Positions 49,896-62,751 of a stretch of 64,000 bases of DNA are shown in pieces (within the stretch, counting starts at the first letter, position 1; each line of letters starts with the position of its first letter). A program made the translations under genes and the position numbers. The stretch lies in assembly GCF_018350175.1 (NCBI RefSeq), contig NC_058368.1, forward strand, positions 57,476,001-57,540,000. The letters are read 5' to 3'. The notes beneath the pieces are model-generated. The model was not told the origin of the DNA and ran no database searches. It was given only the letters and a program-made list of their open reading frames with translations. This DNA is from Felis catus. Its lineage: Eukaryota.

Positions 49896-50109
49896 TTTTT
49901 TTTTCAACATTTTTTATTTATTTTTGGGACAGAGAGAGACAGAGCATGAACGGGGGAGGGGAAAAGAGAGAGGGAGACACAGAATCGGAAACAGGCTCCA
50001 GGCTCTGAGCCATCAGCCCAGAGCCTGACGCGGGCTCGAAGTCCCGGACCGCGAGATCGTGACCTGGCTGAAGTCAGACGCTTAACCGACTGCGCCACCC
50101 AGGCACCCC
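49896..50109 (-). mobile_element. Young SINEC_Fc-type SINE
   Basis: Perfect 17-bp TSD ctcatggacaatttaaa at 49879-49895 and 50111-50127. Confidence 0.97.
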
Positions 50110-50287
50110 ACTCATGGACAATTTAAAGTTATAAGAGCAATAAGACAAATTAAGTCTTGAAACATAAGCATTTTTCAAGTCTCTGTGTCACATTTACTAG
50201 CCACCTCCCCAACTCCTTGGCCAAAGCAAGTCACATTATCAAGACTAGGATGAGTGAAGACCTACCTATCTAAGGACTATAAAAAAA

Positions 50288-50614
50288 TGCTATGGACTGA
50301 ATGTTTATGTCCCCTCCCCAAATTCATATGTTGAAACCTAATCCCCAATGGGAAAGTATTTGGAAATATGGTATTTGGGAGGTGACTAGGTCATGAAGGT
50401 GGAGATCTCATGAATGAGATTCGTTCCCTTATGGAAGAAAACACAGAGCGCTCCATTGCCTCTTCTGCCATGTGATAACTCAGCAAGATGGCTGTCTAAG
50501 AACCAGGAAGTGAGTCCTTATTAGACACCAGATCTCGTGAACTTCCCAGACCCCAGAACTGTGAGAAGTAAATGTTTTTTGTTAAAAAAAAAAAAAAACA
50601 AAAACAAAAACAAA
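50288..50614 (+). mobile_element. MLT1A0-like LTR lacking U5 and ending in poly(A)
   Basis: Starts tgctatggactgaatgttt; homology to the 6.6-kb copy stops 11 nt after agtaaa and is replaced by A15(CA5)n. Confidence 0.88.
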
Positions 50615-51324
50615 AACACTAGGATGTGTGGAGGGAGGACCTGTCAAAGGAGGAATATTCAGGAAAGAAAAAACTGGAGGCTATAACTGCAATAATTTTC
50701 CACATGAGTAATAATAAATGACATGGTATAAATGGTGGAATTCATTTTAGATTTTAGTCTTGAAATTGTTTTTTCCACCAGATGGGTATTATACACTCCC
50801 TCTTTCCCACAGGAACCTTGAACTGGAGAGTTTATAATATCCTAAACATCTACAGAATTTTTCAGTTAGAGAGACAATAATTAATAACTATCTGGGATGA
50901 ATAATACAAGCCAGAAAACAAAATAGCAAAAATGTTTGTGTAGGCAGGATAGATAAATGTGAGTCATAAGCAAGATCTGGAGGGGGTTCTTAATGAGGGA
51001 ACCCTGGACACTGATATCAAAAGCAACTTCATAAATTTTAGAGTGCTCCCCTACAGTATATAATACATTTGTGCACATTCTTAATTAAGAATGAGTTTAT
51101 GGAATTCCAATAAATCCTATAATTACATTTATAATATTCCAAATAAAAAACACTTTTCTAGATATTGTTACTTTAGATCTCTGGAGTCTGGACTTCCTCT
51201 GAATTTTATAATTCAAATTAAGCTAAATGTGTAAAGTCAGGTAAAATTAGCCCTTTATAGAATATCAAGATTATGTCATCTGAATGTGCTATGTAGTAAA
51301 ACAAAATATCATAGTGCTTATTGA

Positions 51325-51530
51325 TTAGAATCAAGGGTTCTATGCTGCATATTCTAGCTTCACATCTCGGCTCAATTTAGTAGCTATGTGACTTTAAGCA
51401 AGGTAGATATTCTTTTTAGCTGTTAGTTTCTTCATTACATGGTATTAAAAGTACTTATCCCCAAGGTTCTTTTAAGTTGAAATGAAGTCACATGGGGAAA
51501 GGGCTGAGCACTAAATAGATTTTATCTGCT
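51325..51530 (+). mobile_element. MIR
   Basis: tagctatgtgactttaagcaaggta...agtttcttcat. Confidence 0.7.
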
Positions 51531-52129
51531 ATTGATAGCTAAATGCACAAAAAAGGGCTTGAAGTAAAGGAATAACTGCTATCACATAATCTGTAGAAAA
51601 TGCTACTGAATTTTCTAATTGTTCTCTCAAGAGAATTCCTTTTATATAAGAACATCAGACTAGTAAATTTAGTGTTATTTCATTTCCTTCAAACCCTATC
51701 TCACAGAAACTATCTTAAGGAGAAGAAAATACATTTTATAAAATAATTGTAGTTTAAAGTGTCACAATTGCAATGCATTTCCAACACTAATGTAACCTGC
51801 TAATTAACAAATGTAGAATGTTTGGTAAGAAATACTTTCTTGTTTCATCTGGAGTAGTGAGAAAAATATAATGTCATTACAAGGAAGAACAGAATGGAGT
51901 AACAATTGACAAATGAACACACATATAGAAACTTTTCTTAGTAGTACTGATTTTAGTTCACTTTAACAGAGGAGACACAACAGTGTAAGCTCTTACTAGG
52001 TAACTACCTATTAGCAGCACTGAATCACATGATATACATGGGTTTTTAAAGTCTGGCTAAATGCAACTAGATGATGCTGGTTCTAAGAAGCTTTTTAAAT
52101 CAATTAATGCAATACAAAGTAAAGTATGC

Positions 52130-54600
52130 CATACTTTTTCTTGGAAAAGTGGAAACTGAACTGAGAACTGAAAATTACGATCAATTTTCTAGGTGAAAGT
52201 TAGAGCAAGTAGAACTTAATGTTCCCAAACTCCTGTGGCTAGGAGTTGAACACATTTGAGGGACCGAATAAGAACAATTTTGACTGAAGTAATGAGGTGG
52301 GAAGGGAGCATGGCCCAACAAAAATTGGAAGAAGAAGACAGAGTCAATTAAAGGTCTTGCAGAGTAAGATAAACAGGTGTTCTCCTTAATTTAACAGCAA
52401 AGAGTTTTAAAAAAGAACGATAAGATCTGATGAGAGACTAACGGAGACCATTCTGAATGTTCTTGGAGATAAAAAGGTGGCAATAAACAATAGATTCAAG
52501 AAAATTAGAGGGATTTTATACTTTTGGAGTGCTGCTGCAAAAACTGATGGTGACTTCTATGGAAATGGAAACATCACTTTACTGTGAACAGGACTTCATA
52601 ACTGATTTGATTTGTTGGCTGATGGAGAAGAAAGAGCCTCATGATTCATGGAATTTGGATTTGAATAACTGAGTAAGATACTGAGATGGGAGAGTATGGA
52701 GGAAGTATAGATTTAGAGGAAAAGAGAAAATCATGAATTTTACTGTTGAACATATTCAGTTTGAGTTTCCTTTAAGGGAAAAGTTGAATAGAAATTAAAG
52801 GTGAACCTGAAGAGCTGCAGTATGTAAAGTTCCAGCAAAGAAAGGTGATATAAAAATGGAACTGAAGCAAGGAGGAGAAAGGGGGCACAATGTGAGAGGA
52901 ATTAAGGAAAGTGTTTCAAAGAGACTCAATATTCAAAGTGTTTCAAATATTGAAGTGTATTGAAAGTTGTTAAAGTGTAAAATTACAAGTGAAATTAAAA
53001 GTTACTGTTCGATTTGATGACAAAAATCAACAGGATCTTGATAAAAGCAACTTCCGTTGAGTGTTGTGGGCATATTACTGGAGGTATCAAGAAGCAGGAG
53101 CAACAATCAGCCCTTTCAAGACACTTCAGAAAGGAAAAGAGAAATAAGAGAGCAGAAGAGAGTTATACAGATACTTACAGATGGAAGTCACTGGCATGAT
53201 TCCCATTAACATACGGGAAATGTCTGTTTACCAAACTGTATAATGATGTGGGACATTGTACACTGGAAGATTGTCTTTGAAATGGAAGATGGACAATTAT
53301 TTCTGTTCAACAGAACCAAAAGTGAGCAAGAAAGACTCAGATAAAGAAATGTGTTTCGATATGTTGGGAAGAGGTAGATAACATTTCTACTTGGAGGTTT
53401 CTCTTTTCTCTATGATAACTAAAGCAAGAAAGAAGAAACACTGGGGGGACAGATTTTAGAAGATAATTGAAAGAGAAATAGCATAACAAAGAAGTGTGAA
53501 CTAGCTAGAGAAATGTGGTGAAACTGCTGAGCAGAATAGAGGCTTTATAGGACGAGTATACACATCCCAGCTGTTGCCATTGTTATTTTGTCTTTTTGTT
53601 TTAATTATTAGTACTCAGCTTCTTGGGTGGGGTATTACTAGCATGTGGTGGTCTATCATTGCTGAGCAAACATTTTTTTTTCTGTTTTTGGACATACAAA
53701 TTGTATCCTCCAGAGTTCTGCATAAAATAGAGGCCATGTAACTGACTAGTTCTCACAAATTAAATGTGCAAATATGTGATGCATTATTTGGGGTCCAAAA
53801 TAGTTAAGAAAATATATGTCTTCTCCACACATGCTTATAGCAAGCTGAATGGAAGGAGTTTGATGAGCCTCTGAAATGACTACATAAAGGAAAGTCCATT
53901 CTCCTTCCAGAAAACTGCATTGAACAGAGATGGCAAAGTAATGAACTTAATTGTGATAAGCTACTGAGGTCTGGTATGGTTTCTAAACAGGAATTGTTCT
54001 ACCTTAACTAATAGAACAGTTATTAAAGCAATAGTAGCCTATCCTAATATATTCTAATGTTAGTGTTTAACCATATGGATTCTATGGGAAAATACGAAGT
54101 TTAAGGTACTTTTAAGAGAGTAGTTGCAAATAAAATCCTGAAAACTATGCTGGGAGAAGGGAACTGAGGACAGAAGATTGATAACAGATATTTAAAAGAT
54201 TGACAGTTAATTGATAATTAGCAATTATCAATCCCAGTGAATAATTGAAGGAATTGGACTATGGGTAGGAGAATAGGACATGGTTACAATAAGGAATGCT
54301 ATATTAGTGATTTTAAAGAGCTTCTGTATAGCATAATGAAGAAAAAAATGATCCTTAGACTAGCCAAGGGAATGTGTCAAATAGCTAAAGGGGATGTTCA
54401 CATGGAAGCTGCTCATGGGGAATCAGGAGTTATGATGGGGAGTGCAACAGTGGGAGAGTGTTCACGTCTTCAAAGAATGAAAAGATTTACCAGGAAGATG
54501 GAATATGATAGCAAGGAAAAGAACATGGCAGTTGGTGGTGAGGTGAGGAATGCTTAAAAGAAAAGGTACATTTATAGGAGGTGAAGAGCACCTTTAGAAA
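52130..54600 (-). mobile_element. Long degraded L2 interrupted by a MaLR LTR
   Basis: Purine-rich antisense L2 motifs: tgaataactgagtaagatactgagatggga, gaacatattcagtttgag, gaaagtgtttcaa. Confidence 0.6.
53644..54015 (+). mobile_element. MLT1I/J-like LTR
   Basis: tgtggtgg start, ggccatgtaactgactagttct, taagctactgagg...ccttaactaataga end. Confidence 0.6.
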
Positions 54601-54669
54601 GACTGGATGATTAGAAACATTCATAACCAGTATAGTTCAGGAGCTCATAAGACACACATACACATGTGA

Positions 54670-54674
54670 GTGCG

Positions 54675-54719
<45 letters not shown>

Positions 54720-54721
54720 AC
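54670..54721. repeat. (GC)n(AC)n compound microsatellite
   Basis: Direct reading; uninterrupted purine-pyrimidine alternation. Confidence 0.95.
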
Positions 54722-55729
54722 CATATACATAGTTTTAATTTAGTCTTGATTGTCATTTGAAGGAGAATATCATGACTAGTAGAAATCAACTTTGGTCTGG
54801 AAGAGTCATTCAGTATACAATGTAGTCAGTATTTCACGTGGCCAATTAGCAGTGGAAGCTGGAGTATGTGTACTGCAGCAGTAGCAATAAGCAAACAAAT
54901 GAGAGACATCTGGTCCTTCTCATGACAGGAGGCATTGGCAGTTAGTCTTGAGTATAATGAAGTGAGAAATACATTACCGTAACATTTGTACAATATTATT
55001 CTCTGGATAGGAATTGCCTTTGGTTGGGAGGTGGGTCTTAAGTTCCATGGTCTAAAATATGAGACTCTGAAATTCTGACCACAGAAATCTTCAAAGGGAA
55101 TAAACAGTAAATCTGTTTTGCTTAAGTAATGAGAATTTTTTTAGAGGTGGGTGGGAGAAAGGAGAATACAGAATGGACTAGGGTGGGTAAAGAGATCTTG
55201 GGAGCTTAGGTGTAAGAGGCCAAATTGGTAGTTGAAAAATAAAAATTCAAAATTAAAGTAAGATTATATAACATACAATTTAACACTATTTTGCTATTTA
55301 ATGTGATTTCTTTCCTTTGGCTTCAACATCTTTGATAAAGTCATTTAATTAATACCTTGTGTGAGTGGGTATTTTTGGGAATGAAAGAGCCTTATTTTCT
55401 GATCTCACTCAATAATAACATTTGATCTAAAGAAATTGATCTAATTACATTTGATCTCTTCTGAGAACAGAACTCTAGATGCACTGTTTACTATGAAAAT
55501 GGGATTCTTCAGAATCCTCAAAAACCTTGAAAAGGAATTTGAAAGTCAGTGGATTATAGAACTTGGATTCAAGCCAGTACCATATACAGATCCACAGAAG
55601 CAAAGTGGGTCTCACTGGTATCTTATTTACGCAAATAGAATTACCTAAGCCATCACCGCAGATTTGGACCTGCCCTCTTTTGTTGGTCTCTGAATACAAG
55701 GTCTCTCAAGTACTACACCCTACCACCTT

Positions 55730-55880
55730 ATAAAGTTGTTACTATTATCATCCTCACTTTGAAGATAAGGAAATTCAAGCTTGACAAGTTTAGCTTGAAA
55801 AATTTTAGATAAATGATAATTGATGAAGTCAAGCTTTGAGCCAAAGTCTTCTTACTCCAAATTCCATTAGCTTAACTATT
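55730..55880 (-). mobile_element. MIR
   Basis: tattatcatcctcactttgaagataaggaaatt...tttgagccaaagtcttcttactccaaa. Confidence 0.65.
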
Positions 55881-57039
55881 TTAAAGAAGTTCCTTAAATA
55901 TTATTAAATACAACGTTAAGTTATAAAGACTTTTGGCCTTATTATCACATGAATTAGATAAGACACAAGTTCTACACCCACAAGGTCGTGTTTATAGAAA
56001 TACAAAATCAAACGGACATTCACTTAATGTTTATTGAGCATCCCCTGTATCCAGAACTAGGCTAGAACCTTTGACATATGCTGTCTTTTATTCTGCATAT
56101 CTGCCAAGTCCTGACCTGCAATTAAAGGAATGTATGCTTTCTGTTGATCTGTGCCACTGGTAGGTGTTCATTGTTCTATTTGAAGATGGCTATTGAAACA
56201 GCCAGTGCTAACTGTGGCTGAGGTACAATGCGAATAACAGGATATCATAGGATCATCACTCTGCTATTTTAGCTTCACTTAGCCACATATTAAATTAACA
56301 TTCTGAGACAATTACCTCAATTATTACAGACATATATGCAATCAGGTAAGGATCAAGAAGAAAATAGACTTCTTGTGTTTCATGTATTTGACAAATATTT
56401 ATTAACTGCATACTGTGTGCCAGTTACTACTCTAGGGTTAGAGATAGAGCAATGAATCAGACAGAAGTTCTGCCTTATTGTAGCTTACATTCCAGGGGAG
56501 CTTATCTGTCTTCACTACATTTAGTAAAGGACACTGCTATGATGATAAACACATGGGCTTTGCAGCAATCACTTGTTCATCCTGAAATGTTTTCTTAGAT
56601 TTCATATTCTTTGCTGTAAAATGAAGAAATATATGAGGGACACTTGAAGGGTTAATTACAAAGCAATATGTGTACATTTACCAGATATGTAAGAATCAAC
56701 TTTTCCTAGCAGATATTATTGCTTTGAGCTAATACTGAGGAACGTTATTTAGTGAAAACATGACTATTGCTGTCATTAAAACTCCTTTTGTCACAAGTTT
56801 GAATGGGCTATTGTCTGCAGAAATGTTTGCAAATTCTATTTATTTCATTTTAAAGATCTGTGGTGTAGAACTCTCCTTGACTCCCACAGAGCTAATACTT
56901 TCGCAGTAGAGAAATAGTTTTTTTTCAAAACTGTAAGTAGTTTGATGATAAAGAAACTCACACAAAGGATGTCAGCCCTCCATTGTCATGCACAGAGCAT
57001 CTTGTTCTTGGAAACCAAGAAAGTTATGTGAAAGGACCA

Positions 57040-57240
57040 AATGGTGATGAGTCAGGAGCTGCAAGTTTTATTCATAACTATACCTTTTAAAATCATGTGA
57101 CCCCTATGAAATCACTTTCCCTCTCTGAAGTGCCGTTTCCTCATCTGTAAATTGAGACCAATATTTCTGCTTCTATAGATTGGAGAGCTGTTCTGAGGAT
57201 AAGCTGAAAAAAATGTGTATAATTTATCTCAAAACTGCTC
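57040..57240 (+). mobile_element. MIR
   Basis: tcactttccctctctgaagtgccgtttcctcatctgtaaa core. Confidence 0.75.
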
Positions 57241-57820
57241 TTCAAATATAAGATTGCTTGGCACACAGCAGGGATTCAATAAATATGTGCTGACTGGAGA
57301 TTTCGTCACTTTTGCATCCAGGACTGAAGTGTTTTAATTCATCGTAGACACAAAGAACTAGTACTTGACGGTAGTAGGGTTACTCGTTTATATTTGACAG
57401 ATTATCAGACTGCACTGCCAAGTTTAATTGTATATCTTCATGGGAAGCTAAATTTATTAAAGAAGATGAAGGGCAGCTCCTAGGGCCTTTAGTCTGGCTG
57501 TGCACTAATCACAAAAAGGGAAATCTGAACTCAGAATACAGCCAAGTTGAGGCATGTGTTCACTGCTAAAACTCTAACTGTTCAGATTGCTACTTTTAAT
57601 AAATGTTTTGTAAATATTAAGTAAATATAAATAAGTCAAACAGTTCCATAGATTTTATGGAAATAGGAAAGCTTTTGGACCACATGTGACTAAATCCTAA
57701 AGTCAATAAAAGGTGTTTGCTAAAGTAGTGAACGTGATACTATTTTTAATTATATTGCTACAGTTATCATATTGATTATATGCATGTATACATAATATAA
57801 ATTAAAAATGAAGCTGCCTA

Positions 57821-58036
57821 GGGGTGCCTGGGTGGCTCAGTCGGTTAAGTGTCCGACTTTGACTCAGGTCATGATCTCACAGTTCGTGAGTTCGAGCCCC
57901 ACATCGGGCTCTGTACTGACAGCTTACAGCCTGGAGCCTGCTTCGGATTTTGTGTCTCCCTCTCTCTCTGCTCCTCCCCAGCTCATGCTCATGCTGTCTC
58001 TCCTTCAGAAATAAATAAAAACATTAAAAAATTTTT
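57821..58036 (+). mobile_element. Can-SINE
   Basis: TSD aaaaatgaagct(g/t)ccta at 57804-57820 and 58037-58053. Confidence 0.96.
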
Positions 58037-58909
58037 AAAAATGAAGCTTCCTAATCAGCAGTTGGATTTTTCACTGTAATTTCTTTCATTACCAGCTTAC
58101 TCTTTTCTATAGTTCCCCTATAATGTGGCATATTGTTGCTGAGTGATATTCTCAACCAGAACAGGAATGGCTAAGCTATTCTCTTACTATCAAGTCAGGA
58201 TAGTGGTCTCAAGCCCTTAAACTAAGTTTGTAGGATTCCTACCCCATCATGGTCCTTAATGGGGATTTGTTATTGTCTCTTCATTTAATGCCTATCTGAT
58301 CAGAGAAGAATCCACTTGAAATAGAACACATTCAAAAGATCCCCTGAGTTGACGTCACCAGTTATTGCTTCCTATGCTGACTTTAGGGAACATGCTCAGT
58401 CAGACAGGGACCTCCTTAGGTACCAGCTAGATGATGATAATTGTTCCTGTGTGGTTTAACCTACTTCAACAACCACTGAGTGACCCTGGGTATCATGTTC
58501 TTCATAGCTTTTCATTAAAGTGAGAAGAAAGTAAAATGCATGAGTAGTTATTCTTAAATAAATTGTTATAGCTGATAAAAAGAAACACAGAAAACTGCAA
58601 TAGGAGATATTAATTCTCAGTGGTGGAATCTAGAGAAACTTTGTGAATAAAGAGAGTCATCCTGGCATGTAAAAGATATGTGGATCTGGGAAAGCAGATC
58701 TGATTTAGGAGAGAAGAGTCTAAGCAGGAGGAACCGTTATGCTAAGAAGACAAACCATCATATATTGAGGATGGTTTGAGGTAAAGATGTGGGTAATGAG
58801 GCTGAAAAGTTCGAATGGCATAAAAGAGCAGTCTGTTTTCAGAAGAATGGTTAGAGGAAGGCTGTGCAGAAGGAATTTGTACTGAAATAGAAAAAAAGAA
58901 AGTGCTGCT

Positions 58910-59529
58910 TTGTGTTCCTGCAAGTGTGGTCTGTGGACCAGTGTGGATCCGCTGGACATTACCATTCAGTGAGATAAAAATGGAAAATGAGAGCATTTAA
59001 AAACTTTCACAGCAATTTAACAAGGTATTGTCATGTCTATTTTTTTTTACTAAATAAACTTTTTAATTGAGATAATTATATGTTTGCATGCCGTTATAGG
59101 AAATAGTATAGTGAGGTCCCGGGTACACATTACCAAATTCCTCCCAGTAACTTATAAAACTCTCATGCAATATCATAACCAGGATATTGAAATTGATATC
59201 CAAAATACAGACGTGCCCAGTGCACAAGACTCCAAGAGGGTTGCCTTTTTGCATCCACAAACTTTCCCCTCTTGCTCCTACTCTCGCCTTAACCCCTGGC
59301 AACCACTAATTTATTCTCCATTTCTGTAATCTTGCCCTTCTAAGAATCCTCTATAATGGAATCCTATAGCATGGAGACTTCAGATATTCTAATAATAAAA
59401 AATAATGTTGCATTTTCTATGTTTTTTATTTCATTTTTTTCTGTGTTTTACAAAAAGATTGGCTCACAATAGATCTGGGGAGAAAAGCCTCCCCTACTTT
59501 TTAACCATGAATAATTTGAGAAGCATTAG
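58910..59529. mobile_element. Old hAT-Charlie-type element split by L1
   Basis: Charlie-like ends caagtgtggtctgtggaccag and tttgagaagcatt. Confidence 0.45.
59041..59382 (-). mobile_element. L1MC1/2-like 3' end
   Basis: Poly-T, caatatcataaccaggatattga, taacccctggcaaccactaat...ttctccatttctgtaat. Confidence 0.8.
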
Positions 59530-61601
59530 TGATAGTGCAGTAGCACCATGTGATTAAGGAAAATGTGTGGAAGTGACAAGGTAGAATCAGGCCAGATAAA
59601 TGTTCCTGAATGGTCAGGCTGGCTTCTCAATTATTTATTAACCTTGAGGAGTGAGTGAGAGTTTCTGTACCTCCCACTGCTTCCTGTAAGTTGTCATCCT
59701 CCTCCACTGCTGCTGGAGATTGTCCCTGGAGGCTGTGTTCATTGGCAATGTTGCCAGAGGTAACTCACACTGAAAGTGACAGCCTTAATAGCAACACCCA
59801 GGAAATGCTCCCAATGGCAGGTATCAGTGTATTCTTGGTCTAACTAGACTCTTCAGCATTCAACTCACTACTTCCCTGACTTCCATGATGTCCATTGTTC
59901 TTGTTCTTTTTCTGTATCTTTGATACATCTGTGCTATTTTCTGTGCTGACTCCTCTTTCTAAAAATTACCCTGACATGGCCTATCCCTAAACTTCAATCC
60001 CTATAACCAACTAGCTATAAATTTGTTTTTGGTCATGGACTTCTTTGAAAATGTGAGAAAAAAGTATGAGCACCTTTCCCTTTAAAAATGCACAAGAACA
60101 CAGGCACCTAGAAATTATATTTGTTAACGAGATATGTAATTTGTTCTTTTGTTTTGTTTTTTAATGAGTAAAGCACTATATAATTAACCAGGATAAAAAT
60201 CACCTTTGGGTCATTTAGGGAACATTCCTTACAAGGAAAGAACATTATATAGAAATCTCTGAGGACAGTTCATTCTGCCCACACTAGATGGGAAGATACA
60301 GGTTGTTGGTTTTCTAAGAGAAACAAGTAAGATAACTTATGTTTTTAGACACTAGTAGAGATGCTGTTACTGGGAAGTATCCCTGGGAAGGCCAGAAGGA
60401 AATTGTGATGCTTGGGACAGAAATTGCTAGAACCAGTCCTGTCCTACACTTTCACAGTCATTTTCCATGTTGAGAAGACCATGTGAACTAACATCAGTGA
60501 GGGCTTAGGGCTGCAACAATAAGATGCTAGGCATTGGGCAACCATAATATTGAGGAAGAGAATCATCAATCTATGAAGAAACACTGCACTCTACGCTGAG
60601 ATCAAGATACCAATAAATTACCTCAGCAGTGATAAAACCTCTGGCTTTCAGGGACAGTCTTTAGAGGTTTCTTCATGGCTTATGAATAAAGGCATATACC
60701 ATTTTATTGAACTTCACAGAGGTTGCAGATTTTCCAAATTGATTTGTGGAAACCCTGCCTGGAGCAACTCTATCAGCACGATTTATCCAATAGCGTTTGT
60801 TCGCTTTGTGTCTCTGTGTCACATTTTAGTGATTCTCACAATAGTTAAAACTTTTTCGTTATTATTGTATCTGTTATGGTGATCTGTAGTCGGTGATTTG
60901 TGTTTCACTGTAATTATTTTGGGGCACTACTAATCATGCCCATATGAAATGGCAAACTTAATAAATGTGTGCATTCTGACTGCTCCACAGATACACCATT
61001 CCCCTATCTCCCCACCAGGCCTCCTTCCTGAGATACAACTCTATTGAAATTAGGCCAGTTAGTAATCTTACAATGGTCTCTACATGTTTAAGTAAAAGGA
61101 AAAGTCACAAGTCTCTCACTTTAAATCAAAAGCTAGAAATGGTTAAGCTCAGTGAGAAAGACATGTTGAAAGAGAATACAGGCTGAAAGTAAGGTCTCCT
61201 ATGCCAAACAGCCAAGTGGTATATGCAAAGGAGAAGTTCTTGAAGGAAATGAAAAGTGCTACTCCACTGAACACATGAATGATGATAAAACAACCTTGCT
61301 GGTGATATGGAGAATGTTTTAGTTGTCTGGATAAACCAATCACAGTATTTCCTTAAGCCAAAGCCTGATTCAGAACAAGGACCTAACTCTCCTCAATTAT
61401 ATGATGGCAGAGAGAGGTGAGGAAGCTGCAGAAGAAAAATGTGAAGCTAGCAGAGGTTGGCTCCTGAGGTTTCAGGAAAAAATCTATCTCCATAACAAAA
61501 GTTCAAAGTGAAGAAGTGAGTACTGATGTAGAAGCTGTAGCAAATTATCCAGAAAAACTGGCTAAGGTAATTAATGAATACGACACTAAACAATAGATTT
61601 T

Positions 61602-62071
61602 TTTAAACATTTCTGGAGTATAGTTGACACAATGTCACATTAGTCTCAGGTGTACCACCTAGTGATATGACATTTCTATATGTTATGCTATGCACACATA
61701 TCATCTGCCACCATGCAATGCTATTACAAAATCATTGGCTATATTCTCTGTGCTGTACCTCTCATTCTCATGACTTACTCATTCCATAATAAGAAGCCTG
61801 TATCTCACACTCCCCTTCACCCATTTTGCCATTCCTCCATGCCCTTTTCCTCTGGAAACCATTAGTTTGTTCTCTGTATTTATAGGTCTAACTCTGCATT
61901 TTGTTTGTTTGATTATTCCTTTGTTTTGTTTTTTTAGATTTGACACATAAGCAAAATTGTATGGTATTTATCCTTCTGTCTGACTTATTTCACCTAGCAC
62001 AATACCCTCTAGGTCCATTCACGGTGTTGCAAATGGTAAGATGCCATGCTTTTTATGGCTGTGTAATATTC

Positions 62072-62113
<42 letters not shown>

Positions 62114-62751
62114 ACCAACCTACTGAATGGGAGAAAATATTTGCAAATAATATAAATAATAAGGGTTTAATATACAAAGTATATAATGAATGTATCCAAC
62201 TCAAAACCAAAAAAGCAAGTAATCTGATTAAAGAAGGGTAGAGGACCTAAACAGAAACTTTTCCAAAGAAGACATACCCATGGCCAACATACACATCAAA
62301 ATTCTCAACGTTACTAATCATCAGGGAAATGCAAATAAAACTAAAATGCAAATCAAAAACAAATTATCTTATACCAGTCAGAATGGCTAGAATGAAAAAG
62401 ACAAGAAATAACAAATATTGGCAAGGATGTCGAGAAAAAGACACATGCATGCACTATTGGTGAAAATGTAAATTAGTACAGTCACTGTGGAAAACAGTAT
62501 GGAGGTTCCTCAAAACTGTATAAATAGAAATACCATATGATTCAATAATTCTACTAGTGGGTATTTACCCCCTAAAAAACAGAAACACTCATTTGAAAAG
62601 ACAGTGTTCATTGCAACAATAAATGCAATGTGTAAATGTAATGCATTTATTACAACATTATTTGTAATAGGCAAGATATACAAGCAATCTAAATGTCCAT
62701 CAATGGATGAACGAATAAAAAATTGTGGTGTGAATATATACAATGGAATAT
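61602..62751 (-). mobile_element. Carnivore LINE-1, 5'-truncated with 5' inversion, inside Tigger1
   Basis: Antisense 3' end at 61602-~62115 and sense ORF2 piece at ~62113-62751; TSD taaacaatagatttt / tacacaacagatttt. Confidence 0.9.
62075..62111. repeat. (TG)n microsatellite at the L1 inversion point
   Basis: Direct reading. Confidence 0.95.

Larger units (their letters stand above)
49590..50704 (-). mobile_element. MLT1G/H-like LTR hosting two later insertions
   Basis: caccaccatttattcagctca...ttggccaaagcaagtcaca...actgcaataattttccaca are collinear once the inserts are removed. Confidence 0.65.

Noticed and set aside
51076..51093. 18-bp palindrome cattcttaattaagaatg
   Set aside because: One palindrome of this length is roughly expected by chance in 64 kb of AT-rich DNA.
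1471..58079. Recurring RERERE, SLSLSL and GAWVAQSVK-type ORFs resembling a gene family
   Set aside because: All are translations of Can-SINE bodies and CT/GA tracts.
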